From the IMG/VR virus record IMGVR_UViG_2880987659_000002, positions 29 through 64,028 of that record: a DNA stretch of 64,000 bases. One strand, 5' to 3'. This document shows positions 35,187 through 44,782 of the stretch, piece after piece; the first letter of the stretch is position 1, and the number at the start of each line of letters is the position of its first letter. The notes under the pieces are model-generated. The model searched no databases and was not told where the DNA came from. It worked only from the letters and a program-made list of their open reading frames with translations. Position numbers and translations under genes: made by a program. This stretch comes from a virus (lineage: Duplodnaviria; Caudoviricetes).

Positions 35187-35543
35187 TCAGTTTCCCAGGC
35201 GGGCGGCCTCGCCGTTCATGGCGTCGCGGTATGCGCGAAAGGCTCCGACCCGGAAGCCAGCGAAGCGCATCGCAGCGAGGAGGTTGGTCTCGGAAAATGT
35301 CAGCGGAGAATCGTCCTGGCCGACCACGTCCTTCCAGCCACGCACTGCCGCCTTCAGCACTGCGGGCTCAACTCGCTGGCCCTTCTTGATCGCTTCGGCC
35401 TCGATCTCTTCGAGCTGGGTCTCATCCAACTCCTGGAAGTAGAGCTGGAACGCATGGGACCTGAACTGGCCGGGCTTTTCCTTGTCCGGCATCATCGCCG
35501 TGGCGGGCCACCAGAACAGGTGCTGATCGGAAACCTGGTACAT
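35187..35543 (-). CDS. Tail assembly chaperone (lambda G-like)
   Basis: Between the tail tube and tape measure genes; VRGWKDVVG..LTFS; ends at the slippery site. Confidence 0.85.
   Translation of the reverse strand: MYQVSDQHLFWWPATAMMPDKEKPGQFRSHAFQLYFQELDETQLEEIEAEAIKKGQRVEPAVLKAAVRGWKDVVGQDDSPLTFSETNLLAAMRFAGFRVGAFRAYRDAMNGEAARLGN
35190..35196 (-). other. -1 programmed ribosomal frameshift site G GGA AAC
   Basis: XXXYYYZ heptamer just before the G-gene stop; the -1 frame runs 25 codons without a stop into 34816..35121. Confidence 0.85.
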
Positions 35544-35580
35544 CGTAAAACCTCGTTTTAAGGCCGCGTGAAAGGGCGGA

Positions 35581-36513
35581 TCAGCGGACGACGAGGGTCA
35601 GCTCGTCGTCTCCGGCGTTCGGCACGCAGGTGAGCGGCAGGGACAGATTGGTGATGCCCTGGGTGTTGCCGTAGCTGGGGCGGCCGAGCTGCACCTGCGG
35701 CGCGGCGATCGCGACGATGTTGCCGGCCGTGATGCCGTGCACGATGGACAGCGGGCCACGCGTGTGGGCCTTCGCGATGCCGAACCAGTCCTTAGCGGCG
35801 ATATTGTCCGCCTGGTTGACCATGGTCCCGGTGACGCTGCGATCGGTGATCTCGATGCTGTCAGCGCCGACCAGGTTACGCACCTCGACCGTGTTACCGA
35901 AGTCCAAGGCAAAGCTCTCGCCGAGGCCGGCAGTCCCGTGCAGGGACCAGGTGGTCGTGTTGCCCTCGCCCACCGTCAGGGGGTCCTTCCAAGCCAACAT
36001 CGGCACCGCCGGCGTAACCAGGTCCGCCGGCGCCGCCCAGAGGCCGCGCAGCGTGAACTGAATGCGCGGGATCTGCTTGGGGGCCATGGACAGCGACCAG
36101 GTGCCCTTCGCGCCCAGGAGCTTGTGGTTCACGCCGTCGAAATTGACGTAGGCCGATACAGACTCCTGCGAGGCGGTGACCGGCGCATAGGTGACGCTGG
36201 TGGCCGCAACGATGGTCTCCGACATGCCGCAGGCTCGCAGGAGCGGGCCGTAGGCAGGTGCAGTGCCGGCGGCGCCGGCGCCGGCCAGCTCTACCGAGCC
36301 CACCAGCTCGACATAGTTGCCGACGAGACGCACCGCCTGCGCCCCGAAATAGGCGAGCATCAGCTCGCGGCTGACTTCCTCGCCCTGGAGTGGGTTGAGG
36401 GTAACGTTGGTCATCACCATGCCGTTCGCCGCGCCCGTGGGCGCCGCGTCCGTGCCATAGGTGGTCTCCATCTTGGCCGTGACGGCCAGTCTGCGCCAAA
36501 AACGGCGGCCCAT
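35581..36513 (-). CDS. Major tail tube protein
   Basis: KMETTYGTDAAP, YGPLLRACG, PNAGDDELTL. Confidence 0.85.
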   Translation of the reverse strand: MGRRFWRRLAVTAKMETTYGTDAAPTGAANGMVMTNVTLNPLQGEEVSRELMLAYFGAQAVRLVGNYVELVGSVELAGAGAAGTAPAYGPLLRACGMSETIVAATSVTYAPVTASQESVSAYVNFDGVNHKLLGAKGTWSLSMAPKQIPRIQFTLRGLWAAPADLVTPAVPMLAWKDPLTVGEGNTTTWSLHGTAGLGESFALDFGNTVEVRNLVGADSIEITDRSVTGTMVNQADNIAAKDWFGIAKAHTRGPLSIVHGITAGNIVAIAAPQVQLGRPSYGNTQGITNLSLPLTCVPNAGDDELTLVVR

Positions 36514-36515
36514 GC

Positions 36516-36722
36516 TCAGTCCTTTCCGGCCGCCGGGCGGCGCTTGCGGGAGGTGTCGCCGTCGCCGGCGGCGGTGTCGCCGGTCTCGGCCGGCGCGGTG
36601 TCCGGGGCCGCCTCGGCCGGCGGCTGAATGGGCGTCTCGCCCGGCTCGACGGTGCGCGCCACAAGGGTGCGCTCGCCCGTCTTAGGGTCGAGGATGTAGG
36701 AGCCGCCGTGCTGCGCGGTCAT
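36516..36722 (-). CDS. Small hypothetical protein
   Basis: GGSYILDPKTGE followed by a low-complexity tail; within the tail operon. Confidence 0.55.
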   Translation of the reverse strand: MTAQHGGSYILDPKTGERTLVARTVEPGETPIQPPAEAAPDTAPAETGDTAAGDGDTSRKRRPAAGKD

Positions 36723-36724
36723 TG

Positions 36725-37648
36725 TCAGGTCTCCACAAAGACAGAGGGGACGTAGGTGTCGCGCCAGGCCACGAGGCCCGGCGCGGTCGGGACCGGCTCG
36801 CCGCCCGCATAGAGCAGCGGGATGTCCAGGCCGTCCGGCTGCCAGCCGATCAGAGCCATCCGAACCGTCTCCCGCAGCACCTCAAGGCCGCCGGCGACGA
36901 GCGCGCCGTCGCCCGTGGTGGCATGAGCTGGCGCGATGACGATCACGCCGATCGCGCGGTCCACGCGCTGGCGATAGGTGTTGGTCTCGGGGTCCGGGGT
37001 GGCGTCGTCCCGGATCGGCACGACGATGGCGCCGGGCAGGTCGGCGGGCGCATCGTCCGCGTCCCAGGCGATGCGGCCTTCTACGGCCTTGAGCACGGCG
37101 GCGGGATCCTCATCCCGCAGGCGCTGCACGACAGCACCAACCAGACGCCCGGCGGCTCCGGCGAGCTGGTCGAGCCCGCCGGCGCCGGTGGGGCCGGCGG
37201 CGTAATACTGGACGTCGAGCGTCAGCGTCACACGGTGGCAGAGCACACCGGCGAACATGACCGGCTCGATGGTGACGAGTTGCATCCCCGTCGCGCCATC
37301 CACGGACACACCACGCACCACGCCGCCCAGGGTCGGGTCCGACCGTTCGGCCGCGATGACGGCGTCCGCCAGGTCGCAGGCGACGATCTCGCTTTCGTCC
37401 TCGTCCTTCAGCCCCAGCATCCCGACCACGACCCATCGGTCCGTGACCAAGGTGCGACCGGAGAGCAGCGCACGGCGGCCCGAGGCCGGCCGGCTGACGC
37501 GCCAGCCGCGCACCATGCCGTCCGTGGCATAGAGCGCCAGGAAGTCCTTTTCGGTCTTCCCGAACCGCTCGTAGCCGTGGACACGGCCGATGTTCGGGAT
37601 TTGCTCCAGGAGCGCCACCAGGGCCTCACGGACTGCAACGGTGCTCAT
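36725..37648 (-). CDS. Tail completion/terminator-like protein, apparently two-domain
   Basis: Two ~150-aa halves joined by GPTGAGG; position upstream of the tube gene. Confidence 0.6.
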   Translation of the reverse strand: MSTVAVREALVALLEQIPNIGRVHGYERFGKTEKDFLALYATDGMVRGWRVSRPASGRRALLSGRTLVTDRWVVVGMLGLKDEDESEIVACDLADAVIAAERSDPTLGGVVRGVSVDGATGMQLVTIEPVMFAGVLCHRVTLTLDVQYYAAGPTGAGGLDQLAGAAGRLVGAVVQRLRDEDPAAVLKAVEGRIAWDADDAPADLPGAIVVPIRDDATPDPETNTYRQRVDRAIGVIVIAPAHATTGDGALVAGGLEVLRETVRMALIGWQPDGLDIPLLYAGGEPVPTAPGLVAWRDTYVPSVFVET

Positions 37649-38139
37649 TGCCCGATCCTCCGCACCGCCCGGGCAGCGGCGGCCTGCAGCAGCTCGCCGA
37701 TCTGGCCCTGTGTGGCGGCGAGCCCGTCCCTAAACATGAAGCGGCCGGGCGTACCCTTCTTTGCCATCTTCCGGGCGATGGCCCAGGCGACGCCGCGTCC
37801 TTCCTTGCCGCCTTTGCCGAGCTTGCGGCGGACCCAGTCCACCAGCGGTTCGACCGGCGGCATGTGGGGCCGCGCGCCCAGCTCGACGGGCAACGCATAG
37901 GCCAGAGCGGTGCCTACAGAGCCGGAAATGACGGTGCCGCTCATTTCCAACGGCTGCGCGCCGATGGAGTCCCGAAGCAGCCCCTGATACGCGGGCGTCA
38001 GCTCACGCACCTCGCGCTCCAGGAGCAACTGGCCCTCGACTATGGCCGGCGCCAGCTCCTCCAGGAGGATGTCCGGGGCGGCGGCCAGCGCCGCGTCCAC
38101 GACCTGGATGTTGATGGAGAGGGTGTGGGGCTCGCTCAC
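37645..38139 (-). CDS. Neck/tail completion protein (HK97 gp10-like)
   Basis: TPAYQGLLRDSI, YALPVELGARPH, KGTPGRFMF. Confidence 0.75.
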   Translation of the reverse strand: MSEPHTLSINIQVVDAALAAAPDILLEELAPAIVEGQLLLEREVRELTPAYQGLLRDSIGAQPLEMSGTVISGSVGTALAYALPVELGARPHMPPVEPLVDWVRRKLGKGGKEGRGVAWAIARKMAKKGTPGRFMFRDGLAATQGQIGELLQAAAARAVRRIGQ

Positions 38140-38819
38140 GACCTGCGCCCCCGCCGGAACAGCAGCCGGCTGCCGCCCGTGGTGGACGGCAGGGGCGGAT
38201 GGACGGTCACGGAGGCCGCCTGGACGCGCTTGGGGTCAATGCCCAAAAGGTCGTGATATCGACGCCGAGCGGTGCCCGCGCGGGCCGCGTAATTGGGGCC
38301 GGATTCTTTGTGATCGACCGCGTCCGCCTGGATCAGGCTCGACTGGTCGCCGGACGTCATTGCGGCCACCTGGTCGAGCAGGACGGCCGCCGCATATTGC
38401 GCCACCGCCTCGCGATCCACGAGGCGGATCGTGTCCACCGTCTCGGTCAGCTCGTGGGGCAGCGACCAGGTCAGCCGGCACACGACGCCGGCACCGATCT
38501 CGTCGGGCAGGCCGATCACGCGCCCGTCCGGCGCGTCCAGGAGCGCCCAGAGATGGCGCGGCACCGTGCGCGGCGGCACGGAGCCGAGGGGATATTCGAT
38601 GGTGAGAGCTGCGGACGCCTCGTCCCACCCGTCAGGCAGGGCGAGATGGCGGGGCGCGGGCGTGTCCTGGACGGTGAGGTCGGACACGCGGGTGCGCGGC
38701 CGATCCTTGCCATACTGTACGACCGCGAGACCAATGGCGCGGTCGCGGGCCTCCTCGCCGAGGCGGCCCACCACATCGCGCACCAGGTCATCCACCAGCG
38801 TCCGCAGATCCTGGAGCAT
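38136..38819 (-). CDS. Head-tail adaptor-like protein
   Basis: Directly after the capsid gene; coupled to the neck gene. Confidence 0.6.
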   Translation of the reverse strand: MLQDLRTLVDDLVRDVVGRLGEEARDRAIGLAVVQYGKDRPRTRVSDLTVQDTPAPRHLALPDGWDEASAALTIEYPLGSVPPRTVPRHLWALLDAPDGRVIGLPDEIGAGVVCRLTWSLPHELTETVDTIRLVDREAVAQYAAAVLLDQVAAMTSGDQSSLIQADAVDHKESGPNYAARAGTARRRYHDLLGIDPKRVQAASVTVHPPLPSTTGGSRLLFRRGRRS

Positions 38820-38821
38820 CG

Positions 38822-40855
38822 TCAGGCCGCCACGACGGACTTGGAAAGGCCCCGGAAGTCGGCGACGGCGGCGCCATAGATGTGGCGGATCTTCCACGTC
38901 AGCTTGTCATTGCTGAACATGCTGCCGTTGGTCGGGCTGTCCTGGACGAAGATCTGGGGCTCTTCCTCGCCGTCCAGGAAGCCGATCTCGACGGTGGGAA
39001 TGTCGAGCGGATCGGCCGACACACACCAGTCGTTGGCGTCCGTCCAGTACCAGACCGGGATGATGTTGGGCTTGAGCGACTGAACGAACGTCTCGTCGTT
39101 GTTGGTATTGCGGCGAAACAGGTCCGCCGCCTTCTCCTCAAGGTCCGAAGGCACCCAGAGATTGCGGGGGCCGATGCCGAGCCGATCATTGGAGCCGGCC
39201 TCGGCCTGCTTCAGCATGGCGAGCCGGGCGGCTGCATAGCTCGTCGCATCCAGGGCAGCCGTGAACAGGTTGCCGTGGTCCAGGTGGAACAGCGCCTTGG
39301 TGTCGTAGATGACGGGGTTCGTCCGCATGAAATCGAGCACGAACTTGGAAAGCGTGCGCTTGGACGCTCGCGCCAGGCGCTGCGGGATCCGCTGGACGGC
39401 GCTCACATCGTCGTTCTTGATCATTTCGAGCGTGATCGACTCCGTGCCGCCGCGCTTCGACACCGCATACTCGGCCACCTCGTCGGTGGGCGACGTGACG
39501 GGCACGTAGGCCGCGCCCTCGGCGACGGCGGGCAGATCGCCGTAGCCACCGAACCGGGTCCGCTGCTGCTTCCGGAAATCCGCGATGGCGACGGGCGCGC
39601 CGGTGAGCTGGCGCCAGACGTCATAGACCGAGGTCGTGCGATAGTCCGCCACCATGCGGCGGGTGAGGCTGTCGCCCAGCACCGCGTCCAGGCTGGTGCT
39701 GTCCAGGGCCTCGCGCATCAGGCCCTCGTCGCAGTTGCGCATCTGACCGGTCACGCGCTCGTCGCCGGTGATCGCCACATAGCAGGACTTGATGGACCGG
39801 GCGTGCCGGTGATCCCGGTGGTTCGGGTCGAAGAACGCTTCCAGCATGGCGCGCGTCTTCTCTGCGCGCGTCTCGCCGGTCTGGATCCGGCCCACGCCGC
39901 CCAGGCCCTGGACGCGCCCGGCGGTGGAGAACCGATCCACATACGCCTGCTCGGCGGTGATGGCGGCGGTGACATCCGCCGGCACATAGGTGCCGCGCGC
40001 TTCCAGGACTTCCAGGACGCGGGTGCGCGCCTCGTCGGGGAGCGTGGACCGGGTCACCTGGTCGCGGGCGGTCTGGCGCGCTTCCAGGAGCTGGATGGCG
40101 GCCGTGAGATCATCACGGGAGACGCCCGCCACGATGGGGGGGCCGCTCTCCGCAAAGGCGCCGGACAGCGCCTCCTGCAGCTCGGCGTCGGTGATCTGGT
40201 CGTCGGCGCGCCCCTCAAGGAAGGCCGGACGGTGCTTCTTCAGCAGCTTGAGCAGCAATTCGCGGAGCATGGGCTCGTCCTGTTGGGTGGTGGTGTTGGG
40301 GTCGGCCTCAAGCACGTCGAGCACGCGCCCGCCGGCGCCGGGCTCAACGATGAGGTCCACGGAATTCACGCGGGTGAAGCGCCCGACATGGCGGACGCCC
40401 TTGCGCGCCTGGTAGGTGGCACGGGCGTCAATGGAGAGGCCGAACAGGTCGCCCATGCCTCGGGAAACCGCCTCACGCAGCCGCGTCACCATGGGGTCGG
40501 CCGGATCGAGCACGTCCCAGGTGGCTTCCAGCGTCCCGGTGTCCGCACCGGTGCCCGGCACGAACGACACGCCGGACAAGCGGCCGAGAACGGCACGCGG
40601 ATCCTTGCCGCGCGACGCCAGGTGTTCTGCATCGCCCTTGACGATGACACGCGCGCCCTCGAACAGCGGGGCGCCCTCGCGCAAGGCAGCGTCGGGATAG
40701 AAATTGCCGTTTCCGGAGAGACCGGCCCGCATGATGCGGACGCGGAAACGGTTGGTCTCCTGTGCTTCCAGCACCGCGCCGGAGCCGGAGCCGACCACAT
40801 CGCCGCCGGCATCTCCGGCGGCCTCCAGGAAGTGACCGTGGAGGAGGCCCGTCAC
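38822..40855 (-). CDS. Fused prohead protease-scaffold-major capsid protein (Mu I/T-like)
   Basis: N-part NGNFYP, GLSIDA, SVDLIVEPGAGG; C-part DFRKQQR, YAVSKRG..ITLEMIKNDD, WKIRHIYGA; GTG start overlaps the upstream stop. Confidence 0.85.
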   Translation of the reverse strand: MTGLLHGHFLEAAGDAGGDVVGSGSGAVLEAQETNRFRVRIMRAGLSGNGNFYPDAALREGAPLFEGARVIVKGDAEHLASRGKDPRAVLGRLSGVSFVPGTGADTGTLEATWDVLDPADPMVTRLREAVSRGMGDLFGLSIDARATYQARKGVRHVGRFTRVNSVDLIVEPGAGGRVLDVLEADPNTTTQQDEPMLRELLLKLLKKHRPAFLEGRADDQITDAELQEALSGAFAESGPPIVAGVSRDDLTAAIQLLEARQTARDQVTRSTLPDEARTRVLEVLEARGTYVPADVTAAITAEQAYVDRFSTAGRVQGLGGVGRIQTGETRAEKTRAMLEAFFDPNHRDHRHARSIKSCYVAITGDERVTGQMRNCDEGLMREALDSTSLDAVLGDSLTRRMVADYRTTSVYDVWRQLTGAPVAIADFRKQQRTRFGGYGDLPAVAEGAAYVPVTSPTDEVAEYAVSKRGGTESITLEMIKNDDVSAVQRIPQRLARASKRTLSKFVLDFMRTNPVIYDTKALFHLDHGNLFTAALDATSYAAARLAMLKQAEAGSNDRLGIGPRNLWVPSDLEEKAADLFRRNTNNDETFVQSLKPNIIPVWYWTDANDWCVSADPLDIPTVEIGFLDGEEEPQIFVQDSPTNGSMFSNDKLTWKIRHIYGAAVADFRGLSKSVVAA

Positions 40856-41457
40856 AGCACCACCTCGCCGGTGGCCGTGTCGATCGCCTCGCCGGTCTCG
40901 CGATCGACGGTGTACTTCCGTCCGTCCGTGGAGACGACGACGAGCGTGCTCGGTCCGAGGTCCCACGCCAGAACGTCAATCTGCACGTCCAGGAACCGCA
41001 GACGCGGAGGCAACTCGTCGCCGGGCTCGAAAGATGCCAGATCCTTGACCGCGCCGGCCCGCGCCAGCTCGCGCAGCTTCTCGCGGGGATGTACGGCCGC
41101 CGTAAGCGTCTCCCCGGCCTCTCCGATGGCCAGCGCCGGATCCGCCGCCTCAGGGACGGAAGGCGGCAGCTCCTGCGTCGCCCCGGCATCAGCATCCGAA
41201 GGCGGCGGGGTCACGTCCTGGATCAGGGACGCGGGCGGCTGGTCCTCGGAATTGGGCGGGGGCGCGGACTGTGTCCCGGCGGGCACCTGCAGGGTGTCCG
41301 CACCGCTATCGGCGCTGGGGGCCTCGCGAGCCGTACCAGACGCCCCCTGGGGTATATCGTTGGTCTCCCCCACCGACTTCGGCGCGGGCGACTTCGGCGC
41401 CGTCTCCGGCGCGGTGTTGGCCTTGGCGGCCGAAGGGGATTTGGGTGTGCGAGCCAT
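40852..41457 (-). CDS. Hypothetical protein, long Pro/Ala/Ser-rich disordered N-terminus plus small C-domain
   Basis: Coupled to the capsid gene; C-terminal LVVVSTDGRKYTVD. Confidence 0.65.
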   Translation of the reverse strand: MARTPKSPSAAKANTAPETAPKSPAPKSVGETNDIPQGASGTAREAPSADSGADTLQVPAGTQSAPPPNSEDQPPASLIQDVTPPPSDADAGATQELPPSVPEAADPALAIGEAGETLTAAVHPREKLRELARAGAVKDLASFEPGDELPPRLRFLDVQIDVLAWDLGPSTLVVVSTDGRKYTVDRETGEAIDTATGEVVL

Positions 41458-41647
41458 GGGGGCCATACTCGCCACCCCAGGCCCTGCCAGATATTCTCAA
41501 GGTCTTGCGACCGAGCCGCCCGGATGATGGAGGCGGCAGAACGATCACACTCTCACCTTGCTCGCCCGAACAGCAGGCCCGTTAAAGGCCCATTGAAAGC
41601 CGTGGGCGGCTGCTTTGGCTTTGCTGCGCCATCGGCAGCGGTGCAGC

Positions 41648-41869
41648 TCACCTCGGCCGCTGGTGGCCATCTGTGGCCGGATCGTCGGTCCCGTCAACCT
41701 CATCAGCCCAGACGGCCCCCAGCCGCCCACGCTCCGCGATCAGCCGGGCGCCGCGGTCCAGGGTCTCGGCGATCCATCGCAGCTCATCCAGCGTCTCGGT
41801 GGTGACGGGCGTATCCAGATGGCGGCGGATGCGTTCGATCAGCGCCTCACGCTCCTCCTGCTCGGTCAT
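41648..41869 (-). CDS. Small protein coupled to MuF-ART (candidate immunity protein)
   Basis: ATGA overlap with the MuF-ART stop; short helical acidic protein. Confidence 0.55.
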   Translation of the reverse strand: MTEQEEREALIERIRRHLDTPVTTETLDELRWIAETLDRGARLIAERGRLGAVWADEVDGTDDPATDGHQRPR

Positions 41870-43350
41870 GGCAGCATCTCCACAAGCAACCGCCGCCCGC
41901 GACGCTCCAGGACGCGGAAGCGCCGGCCGCGCGGGAGCAGCATCTCGAATTCGGAATCGGGCAACGCCGCATCTCCGACGGGGAAAGGGACACCGTTGAT
42001 GTAGGCGGCAGGATAACCGGCCGGCAGCACGAATTCGAGTAGCACCCCCTCTGGCGCGCTTCCCTCAGCCATTTCTCGCGAGATCGTAGCCGACCAAAAG
42101 GCGGGATCCGGCTCGCTCACGTCACCCGGCCGCATGTCGAGATAGCGGGACGCCTGGTCAACGCCGCGCCAGGCTCGCGTGGGCGCCGGCACGCTGGCGC
42201 GGGCGATAGCCTCGTCCAGGCGCGGGATCTGTGCCGCCACAAGCGGCGCCTCGACGCCACGGCGCATCGCCTCGTTGACCAGGTAGCCGCCCGGACCCTT
42301 ATAAAAATTCAGTGCATACCGTTCGGCCTGCGTCAGCGACGAGACCCAGCCCGCATATTCGCGGGTCAGGGTGTGGTGCTGCTCAATGGGGCTGGGAAAG
42401 GCGCGGGCCTGCGGCGGTGGGGGTGGCGCTGGCGCCGGCGCGGGCTCCGGAGGCGCAGGGGCACGGATCCGCTCGGCCTGGCGGGCTTCCGGTGATGCCG
42501 CCAGCTCCTGCGCTGTGAACGGCTTCGCGCCCGGTGTCGAAACCCGCCAGTGCTTCATGTGGGGAAGCGACGAGCACCCGCAATATACCCGTTCGCCGAC
42601 CGGGATAGACGGGTCGCGCGGCTTCGGGATCGGGATCCCGCCGACCATGAACGGCTTGTCCACGTCCACGATCTGGCCGTCTGCGACTGCATGGGAAACG
42701 CGCGGATGCAGCTTGCCGGAGCGCCGCCATTGCTTCTGAAGACCGGCGACGCCAAGCGTCTTGGCCTGCTCCATGCGCTGCTGGCCAGCCTCCGAATAGG
42801 CCGTGCCCAGCTCTGTCACCACGATCATGCGGGCGCGCGCCGCCGGCGTATCCATGATGGCGCTCACCTTCTTCGCCGCCTCGAACGGCGCCTGCACGCC
42901 CAGCGCCGCTTGACCGATCTCCTGGTTGACGCGGTTAATGGTGGTGGTGGAGATGTCCCGGATCCGGTCGGTCTGGAACGACTTGAGCGCAGTCAGGAGG
43001 CGCACGTCCAGGGCGGGGATCTGGCCCGCCAGGTCTATGCCGCCGGCCGCGAGGGGTTTCATGACCAGGTCGCCGCCCGCCTCCCATGATCTGTCCAGGC
43101 CGGTGGTGAGGGCGTCCAGCGTGCCCCGCTCGAATGTCTCCAGGACGCGGCGCACCTCGCCCTGGAGCTGCTGCAGGCGCCAGGTTTCAAACTCGGTGGG
43201 CGTACCGGCCAGGCGGCCAAGGATCTCGTCACGGGCGAGGCGCAGATAATGCAGGATCTCCTGCATGGTCTGCGTCTGGATGAGCACCATCCGGCCGAGC
43301 TGTGCCCGGCGCTCTCGGCGGAACCGCTTCTCGCGTTCCTTGTCATCCAT
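41866..43350 (-). CDS. MuF (minor head protein) fused to an ADP-ribosyltransferase domain
   Basis: MuF: ARMIVVTE, KQW, RVSH..ADGQ, CGC; Pro linker; ART: FYK..Y..VNE.MR, AWRG, FWSAT, SEFEMLLPRG. Confidence 0.85.
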   Translation of the reverse strand: MDDKEREKRFRRERRAQLGRMVLIQTQTMQEILHYLRLARDEILGRLAGTPTEFETWRLQQLQGEVRRVLETFERGTLDALTTGLDRSWEAGGDLVMKPLAAGGIDLAGQIPALDVRLLTALKSFQTDRIRDISTTTINRVNQEIGQAALGVQAPFEAAKKVSAIMDTPAARARMIVVTELGTAYSEAGQQRMEQAKTLGVAGLQKQWRRSGKLHPRVSHAVADGQIVDVDKPFMVGGIPIPKPRDPSIPVGERVYCGCSSLPHMKHWRVSTPGAKPFTAQELAASPEARQAERIRAPAPPEPAPAPAPPPPPQARAFPSPIEQHHTLTREYAGWVSSLTQAERYALNFYKGPGGYLVNEAMRRGVEAPLVAAQIPRLDEAIARASVPAPTRAWRGVDQASRYLDMRPGDVSEPDPAFWSATISREMAEGSAPEGVLLEFVLPAGYPAAYINGVPFPVGDAALPDSEFEMLLPRGRRFRVLERRGRRLLVEMLP

Positions 43351-44779
43351 CCTGGCGAGCCACCACCAGCGCGGGATCCTCGTCATCGGACGTGACGGCC
43401 GCCGGAGGCTGGCGGAACACGTCCGACTGGTCGCGATCATCCTTCGCCTTGCGCGCGGCCTTCAGCTCGTCCGTGGCGTCGATCTCCACGCCGAGCTTGG
43501 CGGCGATGCCTGCGATCAGCGCGAGCGCGGTCTCCTCGGTCATGAGGCCGCGCTCCACGGCCGAGGCGACGGCGGCCACCACCTGGGCCAGCGCCTGCGC
43601 ATAGCGGGACACGTCCACCGACTGCATGGGCGGGAATTCCGCCTTGGGCCGCATGTCCTCGGGCAGCTTGGCCGCCCCTCGGCCGGTTGCCGTCAGGCGG
43701 GAGCGGATCACATGGCGCGCCTCGGCCTCAATGATCGCCTGCCAGAGCAGTTGGCGGCGGCGGAAGATCTTGTATGTGGGCTCGTCCATCTCGGCGGCCG
43801 TGGCGCGGTTGACGTCCCCGCCGCCGCCATACCAGTGTTCCGGGATGGTGGAGCCGCCCAGCACCTCATTGCGGATCACGCGCAACGTCTCCGATGCGTC
43901 GGCGGCTTCGAGCTTGGGCGATATCGACTCCCATTTCTCGCCCTCATTGTGGACGCGCACCGACATGGGGGCCGGCGGCGCGATCGAGTTGGCCCGCGCC
44001 TCCACTTCGGCGGGCGTGGCGCCGGTCAGCGTCACGTCCCAAATGGCTGTGCGCAGGGCCGCCGCCCGTTCCACCTCCCCGAAAATGAGCTGCGAATAGG
44101 CGTCGGCGATATCGATGGCGGACAGGATGTCGGACCGGCCGCGGCGCCCCGTGAGCAGGTCGTTCACCCGCCAAAAGTGGCAGTCGCCGGCCGTCATCTT
44201 ATCGCGCAGGGCGAGCGCGGCGGGCATCAGGAGATCCTTGTCGTCGCCGTCCAGCAGGATCCGATAGATGCGCTCGGAGCCTTCGCCGTCCGTGATCTTG
44301 ATGCCGATGGGTAGCGCGCAATTGTCCGGATCAACGATCACCTCATTGATCTTGGACGGATCCACCGCGCCATGCCGCACATGGCCCGATGTCCCCGCGA
44401 ACACGATGATCACCTGCTCGCCGTAGAGGGACAGCTCGCGGACGCGCTTTTCCAAATTGAGGTCGAGGCGGTTGATGGGGTCGTTCCACCATTCGTCGAG
44501 CCACGTCTGTGCGTCCTCGTTATCGACGGTCACCTTCGCGCCGTCGCCGAGGATGAACGCGATGGGCAGCTCAACCAGGCGGTTGGCCAGCAAATGCTGT
44601 TCCCATGCGTGATAGGCCAGCTCCTGCATGCGCCGCTGGTCGGTGGGCGTCAGGTCGCGGTCGGTGGTGGTGAGTGGGCGCCAACCTGGATCCGCGCTCG
44701 CCTCCACGAAGCGCCCCGAGGGTGCCACCGGCGCGGCAGGAGAAGCCTCCTTAAAGAGCCCTTTAAGCCAGCCGATCAT
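43343..44779 (-). CDS. Portal protein
   Basis: Between terminase and MuF; LANRLVELP..FILG, GRRGRSD, IPEHWYG..NRATA. Confidence 0.85.
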   Translation of the reverse strand: MIGWLKGLFKEASPAAPVAPSGRFVEASADPGWRPLTTTDRDLTPTDQRRMQELAYHAWEQHLLANRLVELPIAFILGDGAKVTVDNEDAQTWLDEWWNDPINRLDLNLEKRVRELSLYGEQVIIVFAGTSGHVRHGAVDPSKINEVIVDPDNCALPIGIKITDGEGSERIYRILLDGDDKDLLMPAALALRDKMTAGDCHFWRVNDLLTGRRGRSDILSAIDIADAYSQLIFGEVERAAALRTAIWDVTLTGATPAEVEARANSIAPPAPMSVRVHNEGEKWESISPKLEAADASETLRVIRNEVLGGSTIPEHWYGGGGDVNRATAAEMDEPTYKIFRRRQLLWQAIIEAEARHVIRSRLTATGRGAAKLPEDMRPKAEFPPMQSVDVSRYAQALAQVVAAVASAVERGLMTEETALALIAGIAAKLGVEIDATDELKAARKAKDDRDQSDVFRQPPAAVTSDDEDPALVVARQDG

Positions 44780-44782
44780 GGG

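Noticed and set aside
38882-41527. 881-aa plus-strand ORF and the other long plus-strand ORFs across 26000-59000
   Set aside because: Antisense shadows of clearly identified minus-strand phage genes; Arg/Gly/Ala-rich with no family signature.
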